Counted from the first letter of the whole stretch, positions 32,015-44,450 are shown. The stretch is 62,737 nucleotides of DNA, filler included, from Globobulimina sp. (GCA_003354225.1; 7 parts of 7 records of this genome joined end to end with filler, not necessarily neighbours in it); one strand, 5' to 3'. The notes: generated from the letters alone by a model not told the origin. Numbers and translations: made by a program.

Positions 32015-35000
32015 ATGCCAAATTTTACTATGCCAAATCAATATCAATCTACTCAAAAACGATATCAAAATGGGGTCCAAACCCACCATCATCTAAAGTC
32101 AGAAAATCAGGAAAGAAACAATATAATATATAAACCTATATCAGTACTATATAATAATATATGTTCAATAAAAAATAAAATTGATATCATAATAAATAAT
32201 ATAAATTGTTTATCACCAGATATTATATGTTGTGTTGAGACTAGATGCAAATCTCCTCTTGATATCCAAAACTTTGATAACTATATCGGTTTCCATAAAC
32301 TACAAATAGATAATTATGCAGGGGGTATTAGCATTTGGGGTAAACAAAACATAAAACCTACAAAATTGGATATCGATGGTGCAACTGATTCGGTAAGTAA
32401 TCTTTATAATTGGGTATTATGCCAAAATAACGGTCCTACCGCGATATGTGCTGTTTACTTTAAAAACCAAAGTTTTGATGATGCCATAACAATAAACACT
32501 GAACTATATCAACGACTAAATAACCATATCGATTGGTGTATATTCAACAAGTACGAAATCATCATGGTAGGTGATTTTAATGGTCATATAGGTAACGATA
32601 CCCATGGAATAAAAGGTAATCACGAGGCTATAAATAGTAATGGCACTATAATTAGAAACTTTATCAAATCTTGTGATCTATATTTAGGTAATAACGACGA
32701 TAACACGATAGGAAAATGGACCTGGGGGGTACGAAAACTAAACACCAAACCCCAAATACTGGATTTAGTTTTTCATTCAAAATTAAGTAAAATAAAAGAA
32801 ATGCATATTGATGAAAACAACTGCGAATTAGGAACCGGAGGTTGTGACCATTGCTTTATTCATACCACTTTTGATATTTACCAACACAACAGCAATAAAT
32901 CAATTGAACAAAACTATAATAAGAATAAATGGCAAATAAACGACGACACAGACTGGACAAGTTATAAAAATGATTTAAAAACGATAACAGAAGAAACCAA
33001 CGACACCAATATAAGTATAGAAACTATATTAACAAATATGAAAAAAGCTGGAGAAAACACTATAGGATACCGAAAACCAAACAGGAAAAAACGAATGTCA
33101 AATAAAGCAAAAAAGATCCAATCCAACATAACAGAAACCAGAAGAAAAATACGACATAAAGATGGCGATATCCAAGACAACTTAAAACTATTATTCAAAT
33201 ATATACAAGAACAAAGAGAATTACGAATGAAAAACGAAATGACAAGAATAGAGAAAGCTCACAATAAATGGTTAAAAAACCCTAAAAGAAAATTTCATCA
33301 ACTATACGACACAATGAAAACTCTAAATAGAGGCATCCAAGAACCAGTGACACTCATCAACGATAAGAAAGAGCCTATAACAAATCCAGACGATATTAAC
33401 CTTCATCTAACAAACTTTTGGGACAATATATTCACACTAGGGTTCTGGCCAAATGCAAACGATAAAATTAAACGAGTAGGCCTAGAAAATATAATCACTG
33501 GTACAGACAGACTCGAAATGGACAACGATATAACAATTAAAGAACTAAACGATGCAATAAAACGACTAAAGAACGGAACCTCAGCTGGTACAACAAATAT
33601 ACCAAGTGAATTCATCAAAAATTGGCCAGAAGAAACCAAAGCCATGACTCTGACTCTATTCAACAAATGGTACAATACAAGTTTCTTTCCCGATATTGGT
33701 AAAACACAAGAAGTCACATTACTACACAAGAAAGGATCAAAAAGCGATATTAAAAACTATAGAACACTATGTCTGGGATGCAACCTATGTAAAGTTTATT
33801 TGACGATATTAACAAAACGATTAGAAACAATCACAGAAAAGAAAAATATATTAGGTTACATACAACATGGATTCCGATCAAACAAAAGAATAGAAGATTG
33901 TATATTAGTAATACAACATGCTATAAAATTAGCAAAACAACTTCCGATATCACATGGAGCTGCGATAGCATTACTAGATATATGTAAAGCATACGACAGA
34001 GTTTGGCGAGAAGGATTATGGAGAAAATTACGAGATTATGGTTTTCCAGATAAACTTATAAGAGCAATAGAAAGTAGTTACCACAATCCAGGAGCAATAA
34101 TACAATTCCAAGACCAAAAGACACAACGTTTATCAATGAACGTTGGATTACGACAGGGATGCACAATGTCCCCGATATTATGGAATCTATATATAGCCGA
34201 TCTCGGACGAGAAGTCGAAAGATCTAATTTAGGAATAACTATAGGAACAAGCGAAAACCATAAAAATATATCAGGAATTTTCTTTGCAGACGATATGTTA
34301 CTATTTGGATCATCCGATTACAATATGACTAAATTATTACAGATTGTTGGTAACTACGCGCAAAAATGGAAAATCGAATTCTCCGGTCCTAAAAGTCTAA
34401 TTATTCCAATAAGAAGAGAAATCGATATCAACAGACAATGGAAATTAGGAAAGATGTCTATATCAGAAGATGAGGAAAAAACGATATTTATTAAAGAAGA
34501 AAAAGAAGCCAAATACTTAGGAATCACACTAAGTAAACATAGAACAGACATCCTATCAAAACACAAGATCAATCTCACCGATAAAACAAAGAAAGAAGCA
34601 GGAAGATGCTATAAACCAGCGACAGCAACAGCAAGACCAATTACATATGGTGCAAAAATATGGAGTACTTATATAAAACCCAAAATACTACATGGAATAG
34701 CAGCAATACCATTCAGCGACAATACTTTCACTGGAATCGATATTCAACAACGAGAATTCATTAGAATGATTGCTAAATTACCCAGACACACACAACAGGC
34801 AGCACTATACGGTGAAACAGAACTAATACCAATGCTAATGGAAGCAGAAAAAAGAACTATAAATTACTTCAACCATATCCAAAAACTCGACGATAATAAC
34901 ATTGTGAAACTAGTAGTACTAGAACAACTCCAAATATATCACGAAAATCCAAATACGATAACTTGGGTTCAACATGCAATAAAATGTTGCGAAAAATACA

Positions 35001-35692
35001 ATATCAATTATTCAAATATTCCCCTACCAACTACCATACGAAACATAGTTGACGAAATATGGCTAGTAAAATATAAAAATATGGTTCAAAACTCAACTAC
35101 ATTGAAATACTACAGAACTAAAACAATACCTAAAACAAACTATAAACTAAATCTAAAAGCAGGGGCGGAATATTGGTTAAAAGCTAAATGTGGATCATTA
35201 TTTCTAAATGAAAGAAGCAATACTATATGTTCTAGATGTAATATGAACGAAATCGAAACCCTAGAACATCTACTATGGATATGTCCCGACAATTACAATA
35301 ATACTACAAACTCAGAAGCCTTACTAAATTTATGGGGAATGTTACCACAAAGCTTGGAAGGCGAAATCAAACCAACATATATTCCAAAATCAAATAATAA
35401 ATTTATTGAAAATTCAATATTATGGCTACTAGATGACGATATACACGGACACATTCTCAACATGACTGGAAACATAATCAAGACCCTATATAAAAATAGA
35501 CCAGAAATAAAAAAATATGAAGTACTACATAACAATAACGATATACTTATTCATATTGACGACATAATCAATCAAGTTATAAACAATCACAACACGAATC
35601 AAAATCAAGATGATGGTGGTGGACCTCAACAATATGATTCAACTGATAGACGAAACCAAGATGTTCCCGATAACAGAGAAGGAATAACCTGA
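32015..35692 (+). CDS. Retrotransposon ORF2: AP endonuclease, reverse transcriptase, C-terminal CCHC zinc finger
   Basis: LYNNICS, CVETR, GDFNGH, ILDLV, CDHCFI; QHGFR, LDICKAYDRV, GLRQGCTMSP, FFADD, KYLGI; CSRC...ETLEHLLWICP. Confidence 0.95.
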   Translation: MPNFTMPNQYQSTQKRYQNGVQTHHHLKSENQERNNIIYKPISVLYNNICSIKNKIDIIINNINCLSPDIICCVETRCKSPLDIQNFDNYIGFHKLQIDNYAGGISIWGKQNIKPTKLDIDGATDSVSNLYNWVLCQNNGPTAICAVYFKNQSFDDAITINTELYQRLNNHIDWCIFNKYEIIMVGDFNGHIGNDTHGIKGNHEAINSNGTIIRNFIKSCDLYLGNNDDNTIGKWTWGVRKLNTKPQILDLVFHSKLSKIKEMHIDENNCELGTGGCDHCFIHTTFDIYQHNSNKSIEQNYNKNKWQINDDTDWTSYKNDLKTITEETNDTNISIETILTNMKKAGENTIGYRKPNRKKRMSNKAKKIQSNITETRRKIRHKDGDIQDNLKLLFKYIQEQRELRMKNEMTRIEKAHNKWLKNPKRKFHQLYDTMKTLNRGIQEPVTLINDKKEPITNPDDINLHLTNFWDNIFTLGFWPNANDKIKRVGLENIITGTDRLEMDNDITIKELNDAIKRLKNGTSAGTTNIPSEFIKNWPEETKAMTLTLFNKWYNTSFFPDIGKTQEVTLLHKKGSKSDIKNYRTLCLGCNLCKVYLTILTKRLETITEKKNILGYIQHGFRSNKRIEDCILVIQHAIKLAKQLPISHGAAIALLDICKAYDRVWREGLWRKLRDYGFPDKLIRAIESSYHNPGAIIQFQDQKTQRLSMNVGLRQGCTMSPILWNLYIADLGREVERSNLGITIGTSENHKNISGIFFADDMLLFGSSDYNMTKLLQIVGNYAQKWKIEFSGPKSLIIPIRREIDINRQWKLGKMSISEDEEKTIFIKEEKEAKYLGITLSKHRTDILSKHKINLTDKTKKEAGRCYKPATATARPITYGAKIWSTYIKPKILHGIAAIPFSDNTFTGIDIQQREFIRMIAKLPRHTQQAALYGETELIPMLMEAEKRTINYFNHIQKLDDNNIVKLVVLEQLQIYHENPNTITWVQHAIKCCEKYNINYSNIPLPTTIRNIVDEIWLVKYKNMVQNSTTLKYYRTKTIPKTNYKLNLKAGAEYWLKAKCGSLFLNERSNTICSRCNMNEIETLEHLLWICPDNYNNTTNSEALLNLWGMLPQSLEGEIKPTYIPKSNNKFIENSILWLLDDDIHGHILNMTGNIIKTLYKNRPEIKKYEVLHNNNDILIHIDDIINQVINNHNTNQNQDDGGGPQQYDSTDRRNQDVPDNREGIT

Positions 35693-36084
35693 AAAGAAGA
35701 AAAGAAAAGAAGATGATATATTAATGTGCCAATAATTGTGATAACTATATCATGTGTATTTAGCTATACTTATTTTATAAGTGCTAACCCAAGTAAAATT
35801 GCCGTCCCCAAAATTGGGGATTTGTTCGACGAAATCCTCACACACGAATTCAAGGAACCGAATATGACCCTAATTATGACCCCATTACCCTACAACGACA
35901 ACGAGATCGACAAACCAGAGAGTACACTAATAATTATCGTGTTCCACCTCATGGATATGTTCGCACCTCCGGACCTATTAATCAACACCGTCATTCGCAT
36001 CAAATCACTGCTCATCTTCCCCCAGGTGTGCATATTCGATTCGGACAGGGATATCAATTTATCAGTGTTGCAAACATATTCATT

Positions 36085-36184
36085 NNNNNNNNNNNNNNNN
36101 NNNNNNNNNNNNNNNNNNNNNNNNNNNNTTAATTAATTAANNNNNNNNNNNNNNNNNNNNNNNNNNNNNNNNNNNNNNNNNNNN
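36085..36184. other. Artificial contig spacer
   Basis: N44-TTAATTAATTAA-N44. Confidence 0.99.
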
Positions 36185-36479
36185 AATTTAAAATTAAAAG
36201 TATTAATTAAAAAAAAAAAAAAAAAAAAAAAACCAAAACAAAAGATTTTTAAACCAGTGAAAACTGTATGACACAAATTCGAGTAACATCTGAAAATTAA
36301 CAACTCTTATTAAATTTATAAATTTTATAAATTATATAAATTGTCTCTAATTGCTAAATCTTGAAAATCATTAAAATCATCAAAATTATATAAATCTCTC
36401 TGAGTATACAAAAGTATAACGTTTTCCCTCAGGTTTTTCTTTAGAACTGGACCGTTACCCAGTTATATCTGGTTTGACC

Positions 36480-36606
36480 ATGTACACCCAACAAGTTGTT
36501 GCGGATCAACAGTTAAACTCACAGTATTCACAATATCGAGTTGATAATAGCAATGCGACACGAGGGCATCCAGGGCATCAAACTCAAAATCAAACAAATC
36601 TAAATC

Positions 36607-36643
<37 letters not shown>

Positions 36644-39600
36644 TGCGCCTCATGCATATATCACACAGCAAAGACCAGTCTATCAACAGCAACAGCCAGC
36701 ACTACAACCACGTCACCAACGGATTCTAACTCAGCAAGCACATCACTTTGTTGCCCCAGTGGAGCAACGTACATTGCCCACGTTGTATCATCCACACCCA
36801 ATGACTCAAGTGCAACATCAGCAACAGCAACATCAACAATATAATTATGTCTCGACACCGTATGTGGATCAAGGATATTATCAACAGCCTCGACATATTA
36901 CAAACTACACACAGACCTCATTTATTACCCCGCAACATATCCCTACGAATGTTTCACCAATGACAAATTACATTCAGCCGGAACAACAACAACAGCAACA
37001 ACAGCAACAGAAACAATACCTAAAACCACCACATCCTCAGTACAGACCTATTAACTCCTCTTCGCATCCACATGATTTGCATGCGTCTATGCCTTTAACC
37101 AGCCATATCCCTGCACCAAGACACACTAGTGTCACTGCTATGGCGTTGCAAGCACAACAACAAGCACTGCTGCAACAGCAACAGCAACAGCGACAACAGC
37201 ATCCCACACCCAATTCAAATCCCGCGGTGATGGATCATACCACACCACAACAGAGACGGCGAAAAATGCGTCATGTTGGAGACCGACGAAAGCAGTCAAA
37301 ACACCGAAACAAACCAACACCAACCAAACCTCAGGATGTATCAATGGGGCTCGAGGGATTAAATGACTATAAATACAAAGCATCCGCACATCAGACTACT
37401 GAACCGCAGCGACTTTCACCGACGAAAAAAATGAGCCCGTCCCAGATAATCAGAGAGGCTGACACCGAGAGTCGAAAAAGAAGATCACCGCAGGACCTCT
37501 TTAAGAATGCATTGTTTGAACATTTTTTAGTCCGCGGCAAATTTGTGAAAATCTATTTTGATATTGCTGATGATAAAAAGAGGGCAGTGTGTTCTTTATG
37601 TCCTGTCCTGGCACCACCAATGAACTATTATTGTTCAGCGACGTTAAAAAGACATTTTAATTTCCATGGAAACAACCATCACCAACTCAGAGACGATATA
37701 AAGTTAGGTGTACTGTTTTATATAATTTGTATAATTTATATGATTTGTGTAATTTATATAATTTGTTAAATTTGCTAATTTTATGAGTCATGTAATTCAT
37801 ATAATTTATGTGACTAATAAGATGTACAAATTTATATACTTTAATGTTTGATATTATTTTACTAATTTCTAATCTGTTCAAAATGTGTACAGTGCATCAA
37901 TCAGGAAGGATTTCATCAAAAATCCAAAATGTACAGACGACTATCAAGTGAGGTGGCTGCGCAATTACGAGAATAAGAAAAACGGGCGACATACAAAAAT
38001 GCGCACGTTCACCAAACTCTGTAATTTGAAAGGAGTACCCATTCCGCAAATGGATGCGCGTTCACCTCGCACTGCATTACAAACTAAGCGCCGCAGTGTT
38101 GTATGTTTTTACTCTTTCTTTTTTTTTTTTGGTATTTGAAAAAAACAAAAAAACCATGTCTATGACTCTACTATTTAGGCAAACATGCCAAAGGAAGAGA
38201 TTGAATATTTTTATTACAATATTGTCGGTCAAAATAAACTTAGATTGTCAGAACTCACTCTGAAGGAATCGGAGGAGTTTGAATGTGAATACTGTTGGAC
38301 GCTATTTCGAAATCATCAGAGCGCATTGATGGATTATATTAAACATTCAGCAGACTGTGAATCGAAAAAATTTTTTCCGAAAGAGTTACGAGGTCAACAA
38401 TATTTGGACACAATTAAAATGCGATTAGGCATAAAACCTCGAGAGACACAAAGCGGGGTAAATGTGGGCAGTGGAGACAAAAAGGAATCTTCAAAAGAGA
38501 GTGGAGCCAACGATCAGCAATATGACGATGTTCAAATGGCTAATATTTCATGCAGCGATGTCTTGACCTCGAAAGCGCGCAAAAAACAAATCCGAAAGTA
38601 AGTAATTTTCTAAAATTTATATAATTTATATAATTACTACAATTCTGTAATTTATATAATTCAAAGAATTTATGCAATAGGAGTAATATATAATACTATT
38701 TATTATTGTATGCTTTCTGTGATATACCAATTCTCGAGGCCTATTTGTTTGATTTATATAATTTATTTGATTCTAATGATTGGTATAATTTATATAATTT
38801 ATATGATTGTACAATTTAATAAAATTGTATAAATTATATAAATCATAATAAATCTTTACTAAATATAAACTATAATGGGTGTGTGTCATCTTCTTTTGTA
38901 CCCTTTGTTGTTGTGTTTTAACTAATTTCATTAATTTTATTCATAACTAATGACAACATTTTGTAAAATGGATTTGGGATTAGTGATTGGTATGCATTTG
39001 GAGAATATTATTGGGGCAAAGAACTTAAAATTGTACGTAGCCATAATGAAAATGTGTGGCTTAGCAAATGTCCATTAGCAGATAAAGACGCATGCGCATT
39101 TTTTCATATCGAACATTTACGCTATAAGCAATTAGTTTATCTTGCGACACATATTGGTATCCTTTTTGTTAATTGTGTACAATGTTCACAGCATGGCGGT
39201 GACGCAATAAATTTATTATATGATCAAAAGCAAATCGTCTGGGGGACAGGGGAGTTTGTCCAGTACAAAGGCATTCATCACAATACTGACAACTCACCCG
39301 TTAATTTAGTAGTTATCGACACCAAAGAGACTACAAAGAATAAAAAAAAGACAGCCCCTAAATATACCAAGACCAGATCCAAAATCCATTGGGATGAAAG
39401 CCTTTTACAGTTGGCATTTGAACAGGTTAAAGGTAATTTTAATTTCAATGCGGTGTACAAACGCTTTGTGTATCACTATTCCTCTGAGTTTAAAAAGAAA
39501 TGCATTGAAAACAAGAAATGCAAAGACGATGTTTCATGGATACAGATGGTCGATGAGGCGAAGCTTATGTTTCCGTCATACTCTTCGTTTGTTGTCAAAT

Positions 39601-42536
39601 TGTCGGCATATTTTTATGATTATTTGCAAAGAAAATTGGCCGAATTTAAGTCTGTGTTATTACAGAAAGCTTGGCGCGAGTATAGTATTGATGGGACGCC
39701 ATGGATTGCCACTCGATTGAAATTGATTGAAAAGATGGAGACATATGGTATTAACGCTGCATTGGCATTTGTTGTGTGTGAGTTAAATTACATTGTTGGT
39801 GTCGGAATATTACCAGAACATAAAGAGTCACACAAATTGCAAAGCGATATTATTATGACGGCAGTAATACTTAATTTATGGTTAGCACCCGAATATGCCA
39901 AATTGGAGTATCTGTTTGGTACTGATCATGCATACCGAGATTGGCGGATTGGCCAACGTTTTATTCAATTCCTAACTGATAGATTGATAGCAATAAAGAC
40001 AGGAAAGGGTGACTTAGCCCCATATATCGAGATCTATAAAGCAGGCTCTGATCAGCAGGAAGTAATATTTACATCACGCAGCGGTATTAAATATAATTTG
40101 AAGCACATGAAAGCAAAGGTGGCAGTGGAACGCTCCCACTTTGTACGTCTGTACTCTGACCTTTTGTATAAATACAGTCCAGAGACATGGGCCATGGTAT
40201 CTGGCTTGTATTCAATTGCAAATAATGCCACATTAGCATATGCCAATCATGAGTTGGATGGCTATCATATTGCAGATCCTGAGCAACAAATAATAAAGTA
40301 TGCCAAAGCCATCGAAGACCATTTGGAGGATGCGCAGTTATTAGTTCGTGATTATTTACGGTTAGAGTATAATACTGATGATAGATTGGTGGTTAGGAAA
40401 TTGCAAGAGTTATACTCGAGACACACCCCGAAATTTATCACATTTGTGCGCAGATGGATCGTTCATGTCCGAGACAATAATCCACCAATTCTGGGCACCA
40501 TTATTTTTGATTTGTTGCGACCTGGCAATTCGGTGATCAATTTTTTGTCCAAGTCTGAAAAGAAGCGACTCAAATATAATTTTATCACAAATGAAAAACA
40601 AAGCCAATCAAAGCTACCCAAATACTCGACACCCAAGGCGGTCTATAATGCAATACTAAAATTCGGAGATCCTATTGGCTTTGCCACAGATCTTCATTCA
40701 CTCCCAAATATAAATTATCAATCTCCGCAACAACTTCAGTGGGACTTAAATTCATGGGAGCGGTGGTATGCAGACAAATTTGTCCATAGGTATTTTGGAA
40801 TGTATATAATTTATACAATTTTAATAATTTTTGAAATTTATATGATTTATATAATTAATAAAATTTTGATAAATTAAATAATTTATAGATTACCGGATGA
40901 CTTTAAAGCAACCACACCATTGATAAATTCAAGTGACCCCAAATGGAAAACGAGATTCAAACGTGCCAATGAGCAATCGTTGGTAATTTTGTTAGGTAAT
41001 AATAGATTTGGTTCAAATGTTTGGCAGTTGATGAGTAATAAAAATGAAAAGATTCATAATGATCTGAAAAAGTATTTTATTCCGGTCTGTAAATGCAGTG
41101 CACTGTTATGGCAATGTGGCATCCAATTCACAATACTAAAACACCAAGAAAATACAACCGCTGTCATTGTCGAGAATTATGCTGATTTGAGTAATGTGGA
41201 TCTCGACTGGTTAGATGCTATCAGTGACTGTCTCGACAATATCGCATCATGGACGGATGAGCACCGAGAGCTACGCCAACATCATTATATGCATTATGAC
41301 ATAGAGTATGAACAAGATGTTGCCTTTGACACTCAGCTCACAGTACTCAAAGAGCAAAAAAAATGGAGTGCTGAGGATGCGAAATATATGTTTTCATTTT
41401 GTGTGGATTTAATGGCAAATAATCCAAGCGAATGTAGTATCGATATGTTGGTGCAGCAAAATACACTGAAATGTTGTCATTTATTTGGAAATAAATTTGA
41501 TGAAACAAAAATAAAACACAAACTAACAGGGTGTTTAATAGAATTAGAGAATAATCTGAATGAGAAGTTTATATATATATATTTATCTATTTTCAAACAA
41601 ACAAAAAGCGCATAAAATCTATAAAAAAACCACAAAAAAAAACCAAAAAAAAAAAAAAATATTATACAGGAAAAAAAGAACCACTATTCATCACACTGAT
41701 TATAAGGGTCGACCGATATATAATATCTCTGAAATGCCATTAACTCAACCTCCAACACCACGAAAGAGATCGAAAAGAAAAGATGTTGGTAAACCACGCC
41801 GAAAAAAAAGAAAAAAAGTATCGCCCAATTCAAACCCAAAAAAGAAGACTGATAAAGAAGAGTTGGAGTCGGACGATTCTGATTTGCAGGTTGTTGATAC
41901 CAGGCCGAAAGAAAGATATTGCTCTGAGAAGACAACCAACTATAACACAGATGAAGATTTTGATTTGAATGACCGTGTAATATTTGTAGAGTCATATTCT
42001 TGCCGCAATGGGACCCTCGAGATTAAAAAACCAAATACTGCCCGAAATAAAAGCAGTGCAGTGGTTCACAGAGAAGTCACCGAGCTTTTACGTATGTTCT
42101 ATATAATCCTTACAATTTATACAATCTATGCAACTTATTGGATTTATATAATTTATATGATTTATATGATTTATATTAATTGTATTAATTGTATAAACTA
42201 TTTGGAAAATAAGTTTTATAGTTTTTCCTTAAATTTAAATGTATAGACTTAGACCGTCGTGACTTTGAGTATATGTATGATCTATTTATTAAGTTTCATG
42301 ATACACTCACTAAGAAAGACACAGAGTATCGTAAATATCGTAAAATTAAAATGATACCAACAGTGATCAATACATATGTTTGTGGCATTTGTTGTAAGTT
42401 TGATAAAACTGGCAAGTTGACTCAATACAGGTGCTGTGGTTGCGCTCGGTATGATCATATCAAATGCATTGAAGAGAAGATACCCAAAAATGAGCCATAT
42501 ATGTGCTTTCTTTGCAAAGAAAAAATGATTGAGTGA
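36480..42536 (+). CDS. ~1681-aa putative DDE transposase-like protein: polyQ N-terminus, BED-like and C2HC zinc fingers, RNase H-fold DDE core, basic NLS, C-terminal PHD finger; 7 exons (36480-37702, 37893-38100, 38179-38597, 38984-40789, 40889-41566, 41670-42091, 42247-42536)
   Basis: Six GT-AG introns are all phase-compatible (exon total 5046 nt). Motifs AVCSLC...LKRHFNFH, CEYC...HSADC, SIDGT, GTDHA, VERSHFVR, LNSWERW, and CGIC...CCGCARYDHIKC...YMCFLC. Confidence 0.7.
37717..37810. repeat. Degenerate 9-bp periodic repeat (TTATATAAT consensus); one of several arrays on this contig
   Basis: ttatataat-ttgtataat-ttatatgat-ttgtgtaat-ttatataat. Similar arrays at ~38615-38660, 38750-38815, 40801-40858 and 42100-42197. 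Reverse orientation at ~36310-36345, 38820-38850, 42735-42812 and 44255-44345. Confidence 0.75.
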
Positions 42537-42880
42537 TTACTGACACATTTATTTACTCTGCATGTAATTTGATTGTCATTGTGTTTTCTTTTTTATTTTT
42601 AATAAACTAGTGTATCAAAACATGCTTCCATCTATTTAATTTGTTGAGATTCTTCGATCACACACCTAGATAAGCCTTTATTTGGTAGACAATCATATAA
42701 ATTTTGAAGGTTGTTTAAATCAATAAATTAATACAATTATATAAATTATATAAAACTCATAAATTATATAAATTTTGTCAATTATATAAATTGTATAAAT
42801 TATATAAATTATAGATCTGAGTTATATTAAATAATTCATTTAATCGATTTAAATTATCTAAATCAATACAAAATAAATAG

Positions 42881-43239
42881 GACACAAATTGCCAGTTAGT
42901 GCCTTATTGTTTCAGATGAAATGGATTGAGAAAATATTAAACGGTACCAAAACATGGGAGATACGATCAAGGAACACAAATAAAATAGGATGCTCAATCT
43001 GTCTGGCATTCGAGAATTATATTTATGGTCAGGCAGACATCAAAGCATCATATAAAACAAACAAACAAGAATTAGCCAACAAAACTGACAAACATCAGAT
43101 TGAAAATTTAGATATCCTGCAATATAAGAATTTCTGGGTATGGGAGTTAGAGAATGTTCTTAAATATTCAACACGAATTCAATTTAAAAGGAAACCCGGA
43201 CAGCAGACCTGGTGCATAATACGAAAAATATATTTATAA
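42881..43239 (+). CDS. ASCH domain protein (5' end uncertain; probable upstream exon)
   Basis: ALLFQMKWIEKILNGTKTWEIRSRNT (GxKxxExR ASCH motif), IYGQADI, WVWELENV...FKRKPGQQTW; AG acceptor at 42879-42880. Confidence 0.85.
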
Positions 43240-43308
43240 ATTGTAGTTCTCGACTGTAGAGTTTTTTAATTTAGTTTCTCACTTCGAACTTAAATTCTAA
43301 TTCTTGCA

Positions 43309-44067
43309 ATGCCAAAGCCAAAGCCAAGACGCAGATACAACACAAGAAATTCAAATCAACCGCTGGTGAATGCAAAGAAGAAAAAACGCTTCAAATTGGT
43401 GAATACAAAGAGGAAAAAACGCTTGATTAAGCAAATGAATGAGGTCTCTGCGCCGGAAACAGGACAAGAGTCTGATCAAAGCGAGAGTGAATACGATGCG
43501 TTGCATTTTCGAGCAAATCACAATAAATATACGGCATGTAGACGAGATGCGGCCACCGAGGCACCAATGAATCTCCATCCAATTGATAGTACTTTGAGCA
43601 CAGCCAATGCAACCAACACCAACAAAGATGCGACCACGGACAAACCAAACAATAATCGTCCAATGGATACCAGCACAAATACATCACAGAACAACAATCA
43701 GTATCCAAACCAAAACCAGCCCTGGACAAAATTTGAAACTGCACAGGTGTCGACTTTTATCGCGACGGTGGCCCGCAACCTTCATACTAACAAGGCTAAC
43801 TTAGCCGAAATTGCGAAGAAAGTTGGACGATCACCAACCGCAGTCAGAATACGTGTGGTAATGCTTAAAAAATTAAAATTGGCTGCCCAAGAGCGAGTAG
43901 ACACTGCAGTTAATAATCGTGTGATACGCAATCGAAAGAAGGCAGCCAATAAGGCTCAAAGAGCCAGAGCAAAAGAGAGAAAAAGAAAAAGAAAACCCCG
44001 CTCACGAAAGGAAGAAGTGGATAATGATATCTATGATAATGAATATTCTTCCTCAGAGAGTTGCTAA
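43309..44067 (+). CDS. Basic nuclear protein with a Myb/SANT-like helix-turn-helix
   Basis: PWTKFETAQV...LAEIAKKVGRSPTAVRIRVVMLKK; Lys/Arg clusters at both ends. Confidence 0.7.
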   Translation: MPKPKPRRRYNTRNSNQPLVNAKKKKRFKLVNTKRKKRLIKQMNEVSAPETGQESDQSESEYDALHFRANHNKYTACRRDAATEAPMNLHPIDSTLSTANATNTNKDATTDKPNNNRPMDTSTNTSQNNNQYPNQNQPWTKFETAQVSTFIATVARNLHTNKANLAEIAKKVGRSPTAVRIRVVMLKKLKLAAQERVDTAVNNRVIRNRKKAANKAQRARAKERKRKRKPRSRKEEVDNDIYDNEYSSSESC

Positions 44068-44450
44068 TACACTGTCAGTTTATTTTTTATTTTTTTTTAT
44101 TTGATAATTTTTTTTTTGGCCTGGTTTCTTATGTCGTGTAATCTTAGTTTTAAATTCTAGTATTTTCTATAGTTTTTTTTTTAATATACAAAAGTTGAGT
44201 ATCAAAAGTAGACTGTATCCTCGCACAAAACTAAAAATTTACGTTAGTGATAATAATCTTATAAATTGTATAACTCCACTAATTCTTTAAAATCATTTCT
44301 TTTTACTAAATTCTATAAATTGTGTAAATTGTACAAATCATATTAAGTAGTATCATTGTATTCATCATATAAATTTCATAAATTATTATAGTTTGTAACA
44401 CAGAGTTGAAAAATCTTTTGCAAAATCAAAAAAAAAAAAAAGCTTAGATA

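Larger units (their letters stand above)
27214..35713 (+). mobile_element. Non-LTR retrotransposon with esterase-bearing ORF1 (RTEX/CR1/L2-like organisation), 5' cut by contig edge
   Basis: Long ORF1, then an APE-RT ORF2, then an AAAG/AAGA microsatellite-like tract (35693-35713). Uniform A-rich, CGA-rich composition. Confidence 0.9.

Noticed and set aside
18359-35692. Retron, DGR or group II intron-type prokaryotic RT systems
   Set aside because: Both RTs are fused to AP endonucleases and CCHC fingers, which is diagnostic of eukaryotic non-LTR retrotransposons.
36605-37200. CAA/CAG microsatellites as independent repeats
   Set aside because: They are polyglutamine-coding tracts of exon 1.
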